Counted from the first letter of the stretch, positions 8,307 through 16,517 are shown. The stretch is 32,677 nucleotides of DNA from Elusimicrobiales bacterium (GCA_026416895.1 JAOAEH010000028.1:1-32677); one strand, 5' to 3'. Program-made: numbers and translations. Notes: generated from the letters alone by a model not told the origin.

Positions 8307-9013
8307 TTGGTTTTTTTAATAAGTATAAAAAAATTATATTTACAATTACTGTTGTAGCTTTTGTTGTAAGTATATTTTTTGGACTTGGAGCTTATATTGG
8401 GGAGATAACTATTGGTGATACAGTTGCAAAGATTGGAAATAAAAGGATTTCATTTAAACATTACCAAAAAATGGTTTCTATAGCTATGAATAATTTGATA
8501 AGAGAAAATAAGAAAATCGATAGTGATGAGGCATATAAAGTAGTAGAAAAGATGGTTAAGGAGGAAGTATTTAAAGAACTTATAGTTGAGGAAATATTAA
8601 AAATGGAATCTAAAAAGTTTAAATTCAAAATAAGCGATTTTGAAGTTGCTATGGAGATACAAAACACTCAAGCATTTCTAATTGAGGATAAATTTGACCC
8701 TCGTTTATATGTTAATACTGTATGGTCAAATTATAGAATGACGTCAAGAGAATATGAAGAGTGGAGGAGAGGTGTTAGACTTGCAAATAGATTTAAGTCA
8801 TTTATTTTTGAGAATATAAAAGTGAGTCCAGATGAGATAGCTTTTTATAAACAATTTATTAAAAATGAAAAAATAAAAGATGAAAATCAATTTTTGATGA
8901 CATTAAAACAGCAGAAATTTTATGATGTTACTAATCACTATCTTAGAAGTTATGTGTCAAAGATAGAGATTCAAGATTTTAGAAAAAAATTTGAAAAAGA
9001 TGCTAATAGCTAA
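8303..9013 (+). CDS. PpiD/SurA-N-like membrane-anchored periplasmic chaperone (no PPIase domain seen)
   Basis: An N-terminal TM anchor, then a SurA_N-type helical region (VAKIGNKRISFKHYQK...). AAGGAG SD. ATGA overlap with the bactofilin gene. Confidence 0.6.
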   Translation: MIGFFNKYKKIIFTITVVAFVVSIFFGLGAYIGEITIGDTVAKIGNKRISFKHYQKMVSIAMNNLIRENKKIDSDEAYKVVEKMVKEEVFKELIVEEILKMESKKFKFKISDFEVAMEIQNTQAFLIEDKFDPRLYVNTVWSNYRMTSREYEEWRRGVRLANRFKSFIFENIKVSPDEIAFYKQFIKNEKIKDENQFLMTLKQQKFYDVTNHYLRSYVSKIEIQDFRKKFEKDANS

Positions 9014-9717
9014 TGCTTGAAATAGTAAACGTTACAAAAAAATTTGAAGATAAAATTGCAGTTAATAATATTTCTTTTAAAATTGAAGAATCTGAAATAT
9101 TTGCTTTGCTTGGTCCAAACGGTGCTGGAAAAACTACTACAGTTAAAATGATAGCAGGTCTTTTGCTTCCAACTAGTGGAAATATTTATCTTAGTGGTAT
9201 TGATGTTGTTAAAAAACCTTTAGAAGCTAAAAGAATGATATCTTATATTCCAGATGAGCCTTTTATTTATCCTAATCTTACTGGAAGAGAATTTTTGAGT
9301 TTTATATCGGAAATATATGGTATTGATAATTATGATGATCAAATTTCTGAGCTTAGTGAATATTTTGGTTTATCACAAGATATTGATAAATTACTTGTTA
9401 CATATTCACATGGAATGAAACAAAAGATTTTAATAGCATCTGCAATTATAAGAAAACCTAAACTTATGATTTTTGATGAACCAACTGTGGGACTTGATCC
9501 TATAAGCGTAAAAAAATTTAAAGTTTATCTTCAGAGATTAAAAGAAAATGGAACATCTATTTTAATTTGTACACATATACTTGAAATGGCAGAAAAAATT
9601 TGTGATAGAGTTTGTGTTCTTAATAATGGAAAAATTGTTTATAATAACTTAGTTAAAAATATTTATTTAGATCTTAATAAAAACCTTGAAGATCTTTTTT
9701 TTAATCTTGTCGAATGA
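9013..9717 (+). CDS. ABC transporter ATP-binding protein
   Basis: Walker A GPNGAGKTT, signature-like YSHGMKQK, Walker B LMIFDEPTVGLD, H-loop CTHIL. Confidence 0.93.
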   Translation: MLEIVNVTKKFEDKIAVNNISFKIEESEIFALLGPNGAGKTTTVKMIAGLLLPTSGNIYLSGIDVVKKPLEAKRMISYIPDEPFIYPNLTGREFLSFISEIYGIDNYDDQISELSEYFGLSQDIDKLLVTYSHGMKQKILIASAIIRKPKLMIFDEPTVGLDPISVKKFKVYLQRLKENGTSILICTHILEMAEKICDRVCVLNNGKIVYNNLVKNIYLDLNKNLEDLFFNLVE

Positions 9718-11387
9718 ATTATTATTTCATAATTTTAAATTATCGTCTTAAATCATTTATTAATCGGATAAAAAATTTAAATAGATGGAAAAAGATTAAA
9801 AATTTTATATTTTCAATTTCTATAATAATACTTCTTTCGTTTTTATATCTTGGTTTTTTAAGGATTTTAAATTATCTTAAAGGGATAGATATTATTGGTA
9901 TGTTGCTTATATGGAAACTGTCCTCAATAGTTTTTCTTATAAATTTTTTTATGATAGCAATTTCTTCTTTGATTATTTCTATGACAACTCTTTTTTATTC
10001 ATCAGATTTGAAGTTTTTATTTTCCTTCCCTCTACCACATCATTCAATTTTACTAGATAAAATTTTATTAAGTGTTTTTTATTCATCATGGAGCCTTATT
10101 GCTGTAATGTTGCCTTATGTGGTTGCAATGATTAAAAGTTGTGATTTTAATAGTTCTTTTATAGTAGCGTTTTTATTTTTAATTATTCCATATTCATTTT
10201 TAGCTTCCTATTTTGGAATTTTTTTTTCTATTATATTAATGTATTTTTTCCCTTCTTCTAGAACACGCGATATTGTGTGGCTTTTGTCTAGCTTTTCTTT
10301 TGCTGGTGTTTATATGTCTATTAGATTTTCAAAACCGGAAAAATTATTAAATCCTGATGCTTTAGGTCTTATTGTAAATTATCTTTCTTATCTTCAGGCT
10401 CCAACAGCTTCTTATCTACCAAGTTGGTGGTTTACTAAGTCATTAATTAAGTTTTCAAATGGTGAATATTTTTATTTTTTTCTTTACGGTTTTTTACAAT
10501 ATCTTATGTTAATATTTGTTAGTTTTTTAATTGTTAAAGTTGGGAGTAAAATGTATGTGAAAGCTTTTAATGGTGCTCAAAACAATCCTTCTACTAAATT
10601 TAGCTTTAATAAAACTTTTGAATTTTTAATAAACAAAAAATTTAGGAGAATTAATCAATTTTTAATGTTTATTTTTAAAGAGAGGAAGAATTTTATAAGA
10701 GATATAAGATATTATTCACAAACAATATTGGTTTTTGCTTTAAGTATGGTTTATGTATTTAGTATAAGAAATATTCCTATTGATGGACAAGATGCAAAAA
10801 ATTTTATTGCATTTGTTAATATAATTATAAGTGGTTTTGTAGTTTCAGCTCTTTCTTTGAGGTTTGTATTTCCTTCTGTTAGTCTTGAAGATGGTAATGT
10901 ATGGATTATAAAAACATTGCCTATTAAAGCTTATACTTTTTTATATTCTAAACTTGTTTTTTATTTTTTTTATATATTGATTTTTAATCTAATTCTTGTA
11001 GGCCTTTCAGGTCATTATTTAGGTATAGATAAACTTATATTCTCATTTTCAATTTTTGTTTCTGTAATAATGAGTTTTTTTATATGTTGTCTTGCTATAT
11101 CTATGGGAGCAATATTTCCTGATTTTAATATTGAAAATATACATTATGTAGAGTCTTCTTATGGAGGTTTTTTATTTATGACACTTTCTGTTTTGTATAC
11201 TTTATCTGTTGCAGTTTGGTTTGCCTATCCAATTAAGATATATTTTATGTCTAGATATTTAAAGAATGCTGATTTTGATATAGTATTTTTTTATTCTTCT
11301 ATCTTTGTATTTTTATTGGTTAATATGTTTTTAATTAATTATATTTTTAGAAAGGCTGTAAAAAAGTTTGAAGCTATAGAGGTTTGA
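9714..11387 (+). CDS. Large multi-pass ABC-exporter-type permease
   Basis: 557 aa with at least 10 hydrophobic helices. ATGA overlap with the ABC ATPase gene. Assigning it to the putative-ABC-exporter type is an inference from context and architecture. Confidence 0.65.
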   Translation: MNYYFIILNYRLKSFINRIKNLNRWKKIKNFIFSISIIILLSFLYLGFLRILNYLKGIDIIGMLLIWKLSSIVFLINFFMIAISSLIISMTTLFYSSDLKFLFSFPLPHHSILLDKILLSVFYSSWSLIAVMLPYVVAMIKSCDFNSSFIVAFLFLIIPYSFLASYFGIFFSIILMYFFPSSRTRDIVWLLSSFSFAGVYMSIRFSKPEKLLNPDALGLIVNYLSYLQAPTASYLPSWWFTKSLIKFSNGEYFYFFLYGFLQYLMLIFVSFLIVKVGSKMYVKAFNGAQNNPSTKFSFNKTFEFLINKKFRRINQFLMFIFKERKNFIRDIRYYSQTILVFALSMVYVFSIRNIPIDGQDAKNFIAFVNIIISGFVVSALSLRFVFPSVSLEDGNVWIIKTLPIKAYTFLYSKLVFYFFYILIFNLILVGLSGHYLGIDKLIFSFSIFVSVIMSFFICCLAISMGAIFPDFNIENIHYVESSYGGFLFMTLSVLYTLSVAVWFAYPIKIYFMSRYLKNADFDIVFFYSSIFVFLLVNMFLINYIFRKAVKKFEAIEV

Positions 11388-11388
11388 T

Positions 11389-12009
11389 ATGATGGTTAAA
11401 ATACTTCTAATAACGTATATTTTTCTTTTTTCTGATGATAAGAAGTATGTATATTTAACTGTTGATGATGGACCCTCTTCGATTACAAATCAAATATGTG
11501 ATTTGCTCTCTAAATATAATGCAAAAGCAACTTTTTTTGTTTTAGGAGAAAATGTAAAAAGATATCCTGATATGCTTAAGAGAATTTATTTAGATGGGCA
11601 TCTTGTAGCAAGTCATACTTATTCTCATATAAATTTTTGTAAACTAAAAAATGAAAACAAACAACTTCTAGTAAGTGAAATAAAAAAAACAGAGGTTGAA
11701 ATTTTTAAAATTATTAACTATAAGCCTAGCTATCTTAGATATCCTTATGGTTGTTATTCGAAGAAAGTGATAAATATAGCTAAAGAATTAGGATATAAGG
11801 TTGTTAATTGGGATTTTGGCTATGATTGGCATTCCTATAATGAAGAAAGAATAATAAGTGAGTATTTGAAAAATTTAAAACATAAAAATATTATTTTAGT
11901 ACATGATAGTCCGAAAAGAAATAAGATGGTTCTTAGGGTGATTGAGGAGATTCTTAAAGAAGGAAAAAGAAAGAATTTAAATTTTATAAGATTAGATGAA
12001 AGCTATTGA
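11389..12009 (+). CDS. Polysaccharide deacetylase (CE4/NodB homology domain)
   Basis: NodB motifs TVDDGP, HTYSH and LRYPYG, plus ILVHD. The N-terminus is hydrophobic. Confidence 0.88.
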   Translation: MMVKILLITYIFLFSDDKKYVYLTVDDGPSSITNQICDLLSKYNAKATFFVLGENVKRYPDMLKRIYLDGHLVASHTYSHINFCKLKNENKQLLVSEIKKTEVEIFKIINYKPSYLRYPYGCYSKKVINIAKELGYKVVNWDFGYDWHSYNEERIISEYLKNLKHKNIILVHDSPKRNKMVLRVIEEILKEGKRKNLNFIRLDESY

Positions 12010-13321
12010 AATTTATAAGTCTGTTAATTCTTATATTTCTAGTAATTATAGTTTTCTTGGATTAAATAAGAAAAGAGAAATCGAAAGGTTAGTTTTTGAA
12101 ATATTTAAAAAATATAAGAAAATTGATTTTTCTATTTTACCGAAATATATAAATTACGAGCAGTTTAAAAGACAATTAATAAAGATGAGGTATCCGATAT
12201 CTTATAAATATTATCCTTTAAAAAGTTTTTTTCTTGGAAAATTAGATTTAGATGATGATGAAATATGGAAAGAAGATGAATTTTTTGAAGTAGATGTGGT
12301 GGTAGAAAAAAATAGTAATTTTATTGATATTGTTGATAGATTATCAAAGATATATAAAATAAAATCCTTAAATGTTGTTGATTCTGTAAAAAATGTTATT
12401 AAAGAATCAACTAAGAATTTTAATTATAATTATAGGAAAAGAAAATTTTATATATTAGATGAAAAGTTTGATTTTATTAAATCTTGTCCTTGTACTTCTA
12501 ATTGTATAAGTTGTGGATATTTTATTATAAATCTTGGTTTTGGTTGTCCTTTTGATTGTGAATATTGTTATCTTTCTGGTTATCAAAATGTAGATGGTAT
12601 TATTATAAATACAAATATTTATGATTATCTTAAAAAGATTAGAGAAATGAAAGTATCTTCTCTTTTAAGGGTAGGCAGTGGTGAGTTTACAGATTCTTTA
12701 GTTTATGATAATATCACTAATCATTCAAGCAAAATAATAAACTTTTTTAGAAATCTTGATGGAATTGTGTTTGAATTTAAAACCAAATCCGATGTTATAG
12801 ATAATATACTTAACGAAAAGCCTTGTGAAAATGTTGTTATTTCTTATTCAATAAATCCCCAATACATATGTAGTGAGTTTGAACACGGTTGTACTACTTA
12901 CAAAAAAAGACTCGAATGTTTAGAAAAGCTAGTAAAATGTGGTTGGAAAGTAGCTGTTCATTTTGATCCTATAATATACCTAGATAATTGGAAAAAATTA
13001 TATAGGGAATGTATCTCTGATTTGTTTTCATTTATATCTGCTAAGGATATAAGATGGATTAGTGCAGGTACTCTTAGATTTTATCCACATACTAAAAAGA
13101 TTATAGAAAAACGTTTTCCAGATAGTATTTTGTTAGATTTTGAAATGGTTATTGATTTTGATGGTAAGCTAAGATATCCTTTTTTAATAAGAAAAGAAAT
13201 ATATAATTTTATTATTGAAAATATTAAAAAATATAATTTCCCTCTTGATAAGTTTTATTTATGTATGGAAAATTCAAAAATGTGGAAGGAAATTTCTCTT
13301 TCACCTTCATTTAAATGGTAA
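11996..13321 (+). CDS. Spore-photoproduct-lyase-family radical SAM protein with N-terminal extension
   Basis: CX3CX2C motif (CPFDCEYC). Downstream it is collinear with B. subtilis SplB (SINPQY..FE.G....KR.E, FDPII, RF....KK.IEKRFP). It has about 150 extra N-terminal residues and an additional CPCTSNCISC motif. Confidence 0.8.
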   Translation: MKAIEIYKSVNSYISSNYSFLGLNKKREIERLVFEIFKKYKKIDFSILPKYINYEQFKRQLIKMRYPISYKYYPLKSFFLGKLDLDDDEIWKEDEFFEVDVVVEKNSNFIDIVDRLSKIYKIKSLNVVDSVKNVIKESTKNFNYNYRKRKFYILDEKFDFIKSCPCTSNCISCGYFIINLGFGCPFDCEYCYLSGYQNVDGIIINTNIYDYLKKIREMKVSSLLRVGSGEFTDSLVYDNITNHSSKIINFFRNLDGIVFEFKTKSDVIDNILNEKPCENVVISYSINPQYICSEFEHGCTTYKKRLECLEKLVKCGWKVAVHFDPIIYLDNWKKLYRECISDLFSFISAKDIRWISAGTLRFYPHTKKIIEKRFPDSILLDFEMVIDFDGKLRYPFLIRKEIYNFIIENIKKYNFPLDKFYLCMENSKMWKEISLSPSFKW

Positions 13322-13328
13322 GATAAAT

Positions 13329-13337
13329 TGATATAAT
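13329..13337 (+). promoter_or_regulatory. Extended -10 promoter (TGaTATAAT) for the DUF948/cNMP/AI-2E unit
   Basis: TGATATAAT lies in the 36-nt gap after the radical SAM gene. GGAGG at 13348-13352 is followed by ATG at 13358. Confidence 0.4.
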
Positions 13338-13357
13338 TTAAATTAGTGGAGGTTTAA

Positions 13358-13609
13358 ATGGAAGTTGTAATAAGTGTGTGTGTAGTGATTGTTACAGTTT
13401 TATTTATTTTAGTTGCAATAGAGGTAATAGATACATTAAAAAAAGTAAGAGAAGCTATTGATAGTATATCTAAAGTTGCGATGAATCTTAATGAAATTGT
13501 TGAAAATACTAAACCTGCATTTAAAGGAGTTAGAGTTATTTCAGATGGTATAACCACAATAGTTAATAACATACTATATAAGCTTTTGAATCTTTTTAAA
13601 AAAGGATAA
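13358..13609 (+). CDS. Small membrane-anchored DUF948-like protein
   Basis: 83 aa: an N-terminal TM helix, then a helical segment typical of DUF948/YtxH-like proteins. Strong SD. A 93-aa antisense ORF covers the same DNA, but it has no start signals. Confidence 0.65.
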   Translation: MEVVISVCVVIVTVLFILVAIEVIDTLKKVREAIDSISKVAMNLNEIVENTKPAFKGVRVISDGITTIVNNILYKLLNLFKKG

Positions 13610-14086
13610 ATGAAGTTATTGGATAAATTTTTCAATAGAGTCTATGATAGAGAAACTCTTGAAAAGATAAAATTTTTGTCTAATATTCATATATTAAAAG
13701 GAATTAAAAGAAGGGATTTATTGTATTTGCTTGAAGATCTTTATGAAAAAAAGTATATTAAAGGGGAAGTTATTTTTTTAAAGGGAGATATTGGGAGAGC
13801 TCTTTTTATAGTTTATCGAGGTAAAATTGGTTTATATAATAGCAATGATATGAAAAACTTAGTGGCGGAAGTAAATGAAGGGGATTTCGTTGGAGAGATG
13901 GCATTACTTGAAGAGATGCCACGTACTATGTGTGCTGTCGCTTTACAGGATAGTGTTGTTTTTATGTTATATAAAGTGAATCTTGAAGATATGATAAAAA
14001 CAAAACCCAAAATTGCTTCAATAATAAGTTATAATCTTGCATGTGTGTTGTCAGCTAGATTACGTGCATTACTTGAAGATGAGTAA
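13610..14086 (+). CDS. Stand-alone cyclic-nucleotide-binding (CAP effector-type) domain protein
   Basis: FLKGDIGRALFIVYRGKI ... GDFVGEMALLEEMPRTMCAVAL matches the cNMP-binding beta-barrel and phosphate-binding cassette. There is no DNA-binding or other output domain. Confidence 0.85.
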   Translation: MKLLDKFFNRVYDRETLEKIKFLSNIHILKGIKRRDLLYLLEDLYEKKYIKGEVIFLKGDIGRALFIVYRGKIGLYNSNDMKNLVAEVNEGDFVGEMALLEEMPRTMCAVALQDSVVFMLYKVNLEDMIKTKPKIASIISYNLACVLSARLRALLEDE

Positions 14087-15140
14087 ATCAAGTTTGAAAG
14101 AAATATATATTCCATTGTTTTTTGTATTGTTATTTTTTATAGTTTTTTATTTTGCAAGAAAAACATTTATGGTGGTTATTCTGAGTATATCTTTTTCATA
14201 TCTTCTTAATCCAATTGTTAAGTTTTTCGAAGTAAGAGGAATAAAAAGAAGTTATGTAGTAGGTATGTTATATATATGTAGTGGAACATTTTTTTTAATT
14301 TTAGCTTTTTTAGTTTTTGATATTGCAAGGTTTGATATAGATTCGTTTTTTAATCAGTGGCCTATTTATTACAATAAAATATCCATTATCCTTGATAATT
14401 TTTTTTCAAAACTGGCAAAAGAATTCCCTTTTATTTTACAATTTAATATAAGGGATAAACTTCTTAATTATCTAACAGAAGTTCCAGTTTATCTTATGTC
14501 AATTATTCCTTATTTTATGATTCTTTTTATTGTTCCTTTTATATCTTTTTTTATATTGATAAAAGGGACTAGAATTCTTGATATTTTAGTTGAAAATATT
14601 CCATCTAGATATGTAGAAGTAGTTTTTCATATTGTTTCAAGAGTTGATCATAGTTTGGGCAATTATCTTAGGGGTATTATTACAGATGCCTTAATTCTTT
14701 CTTTTATTGCCTTTTTTGGTCTATTTTTTATGAATATTAATTATTATTCAGTTATAGCTATGCTTGTTGGTATTTCTTGCCTTGTTCCTTATGTAGGTGC
14801 TTTTGTAGGTGCTTTTGTTTCTTGTATAATAGCTTTTCTTCAGTATGGTACCTTTTATTCAGTTTTAAAAGTGCTTTTATTTTTTGTTTTTTTAAGGTTT
14901 ATAGACGATTGGTTTATTCAGCCTTATATAATACAGAAAAGTGTAAATTTAAATCCTGCTGTGGTAGTTTTAGCATTAATGGCAGGGGGAGAAATAGCAG
15001 GATTTTGGGGGGTAGTTTTTGCTGTTCCATTTGTATGCATTATTAGAGAATTTTTGTATATAGCTTTTGAGATACATAAAACACTTTATAATTGGAAATT
15101 TTCTAAACCTTTATTTAGGATTAATATTCCTTATACTTAA
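14079..15140 (+). CDS. AI-2E/PerM-family transporter
   Basis: About 8 TM helices with the family-typical VPYVGAFVGA and FIQPYIIQKSV regions. I prefer the start at ATG 14079 (MSKSSLKEIYIP). This overlaps the upstream stop by 8 nt. Confidence 0.85.
   Translation: MSKSSLKEIYIPLFFVLLFFIVFYFARKTFMVVILSISFSYLLNPIVKFFEVRGIKRSYVVGMLYICSGTFFLILAFLVFDIARFDIDSFFNQWPIYYNKISIILDNFFSKLAKEFPFILQFNIRDKLLNYLTEVPVYLMSIIPYFMILFIVPFISFFILIKGTRILDILVENIPSRYVEVVFHIVSRVDHSLGNYLRGIITDALILSFIAFFGLFFMNINYYSVIAMLVGISCLVPYVGAFVGAFVSCIIAFLQYGTFYSVLKVLLFFVFLRFIDDWFIQPYIIQKSVNLNPAVVVLALMAGGEIAGFWGVVFAVPFVCIIREFLYIAFEIHKTLYNWKFSKPLFRINIPYT
14793..14819 (+). repeat. Perfect 12-nt tandem duplication (GTAGGTGCTTTT x2, plus GTT)
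   Basis: Read directly from the sequence. It encodes VGAF-VGAF-V inside the AI-2E gene. Confidence 0.9.
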
Positions 15141-15146
15141 AATTTT

Positions 15147-15545
15147 ATGATAAAGGAAATTGTTATAAGAACATCAAATCAACAACAAATTATAGATATT
15201 ACTTCTAAAGTTGAACATATTATAAAATCTTTAGATATAGATGAAGGAGTTTGTTTTATTTATAATCCTCATACTACTGCAGCTTTATTTATAAATGAAG
15301 GAGCAGATCCTTCCGTTTGTAAAGATATACTAGATAAACTTAATTTTTTAATAGATCCAAATGACAAATATAAACATTTAGAGGGAAATTCTCATGCTCA
15401 TATAAAATCTGTTGTTATTGGTAATTCTTTAACTATATTTATAAAAGATGGAAACCTTGTTTTAGGTAGATGGCAGTCTATATATTTCTTTGAAGGGGAT
15501 GGACCAAGAGAGAGAACTATCTTTATTAAAGTATTAAAGGGATGA
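15147..15545 (+). CDS. YjbQ/UPF0047-family protein (secondary thiamine-phosphate synthase type)
   Basis: 132 aa with the motifs NPHTTAALFINE, HLEGNSHAHIKS, LGRWQSIYFFE and DGPRER. Confidence 0.85.
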   Translation: MIKEIVIRTSNQQQIIDITSKVEHIIKSLDIDEGVCFIYNPHTTAALFINEGADPSVCKDILDKLNFLIDPNDKYKHLEGNSHAHIKSVVIGNSLTIFIKDGNLVLGRWQSIYFFEGDGPRERTIFIKVLKG

Positions 15546-15568
15546 ATTTTTTGCTAATATGTTATTAA

Positions 15569-15654
15569 GGGCAAGTGGCGGAACTGGTAGACGCGCAGGT
15601 CTCAAAAACCTGTGATCTTCAAAGATCATGAGGGTTCGACTCCCTCCTTGCCCA
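15569..15654 (+). tRNA. tRNA-Leu (anticodon CAA)
   Basis: Acceptor GGGCAAG/CTTGCCC plus discriminator A. Anticodon stem CAGGT/ACCTG with loop CTCAAAA. Long variable arm (GATCTT..AAGATC). T arm GAGGG-TTCGACT-CCCTC. 86 nt. Confidence 0.93.
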
Positions 15655-15681
15655 TTTTTTTAGTAAAGAGTTTTAGATAGT

Positions 15682-16062
15682 GTGAAAAGAATTTTTGTTA
15701 TTGATGATAATTTGCAGTTTTTGAACCTGATGAGAGAATATCTTTCTGATTTAGGTGAGATAGAGTGTTTTTCTGAGTTTAAAACGATAGATGATATTTT
15801 AAATAAGATAAAAGAATTCCTTCCTAATATAATAATTCTTGACATCAATCTTGGTAAGTTTAGCGGAATAGATGTATTGCGAGAAATGAAAAAAAATGAT
15901 AAATTTAAAAAGATTCCAGTAATAGTCCTTACAGCAAGTGATTATAATTTACCTACAGAGATGCTTGTTAAAAATGAGAAAAATGTTATTGGATTTTATT
16001 CAAAGCTTGAGTCAATAGATATTATAAAAGAAAAGATTAATTCTATTAAAGTAGGAGAATAA
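15682..16062 (+). CDS. Single-domain CheY-like response regulator (receiver only)
   Basis: GTG start. Receiver residues present: VIDD, ILDINL (phospho-acceptor Asp), VLTAS and a conserved Lys (YSKL). No output domain. Confidence 0.85.
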   Translation: MKRIFVIDDNLQFLNLMREYLSDLGEIECFSEFKTIDDILNKIKEFLPNIIILDINLGKFSGIDVLREMKKNDKFKKIPVIVLTASDYNLPTEMLVKNEKNVIGFYSKLESIDIIKEKINSIKVGE

Positions 16063-16065
16063 TTT

Positions 16066-16452
16066 ATGGAAAAAAATAAAAAGGTTCTTGTTGTAGATGA
16101 TAATCCTGTAATGATTGAAATAGTAAAAATGGCATTGGAGGGAGATTTTATTGTTATTTCTGCTTCTGATGGGAAGGAAGGGATTGAAATGGCAAAATCT
16201 CAAAAACCTGATGTAATAATAATGGATGTTATGATGCCAAATATATCTGGGATTGAAATGCTAAGACTTTTACTATCAGATGATGATACAAAAAATATCC
16301 CAGTAATAGTTTTTACTGCTAGCCATTTTGATCCATCTACTGAGATGATCTTTATGGTTGAGAAAAATGTTAAAGCTTTTTTAAGAAAGCCGTGTACAGT
16401 TGATACATTAAAAAAGGAAGTCTTTTCCGCAATAGAATCTTCTCATAAATAA
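16066..16452 (+). CDS. Single-domain CheY-like response regulator (receiver only)
   Basis: Receiver residues present: VVDD, IIMDVMMP, VFTAS, LRKP. No output domain. Confidence 0.9.
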   Translation: MEKNKKVLVVDDNPVMIEIVKMALEGDFIVISASDGKEGIEMAKSQKPDVIIMDVMMPNISGIEMLRLLLSDDDTKNIPVIVFTASHFDPSTEMIFMVEKNVKAFLRKPCTVDTLKKEVFSAIESSHK

Positions 16453-16487
16453 TAAATCTTTTTGAAAAAAATCAGTAATTAAATATT

Positions 16488-16496
16488 TGATATAAT
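16488..16496 (+). promoter_or_regulatory. Extended -10 promoter (TGaTATAAT) upstream of ileS
   Basis: TGATATAAT lies 22 nt upstream of the ileS ATG. AAGGAG SD at 16507-16512. It shares the 14-mer TTGATATAATTTAA with the element at 13328. Confidence 0.4.
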
Positions 16497-16517
16497 TTAA
16501 TTCTATAAGGAGTACTT

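Noticed and set aside
13354-13635. 93-aa reverse-strand ORF exactly covering the 83-aa DUF948-like gene, so which strand codes is ambiguous.
   Set aside because: The + strand copy has an extended -10, a GGAGG SD at ideal spacing and an ATG. It abuts the next + strand gene and gives a TM-plus-helix protein of a recognisable type. The reverse ORF has none of these signals and would run against the operon.
14777-15046. 89-aa alternate-frame + strand ORF (Cys/Phe-rich) inside the AI-2E permease gene.
   Set aside because: It overlaps the well-supported AI-2E reading frame. It starts near the 12-nt tandem duplication and has no SD, so it is most likely a frame artefact.
16453-16517. T-box or another leader riboswitch upstream of ileS. 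The same question applies to a preQ1 riboswitch upstream of queF (30399-30416).
   Set aside because: The untranslated gaps are only about 65 nt and 18 nt, and they contain just a promoter-like element and an SD. That is too short, and too unstructured and AT-rich, for these RNA elements.
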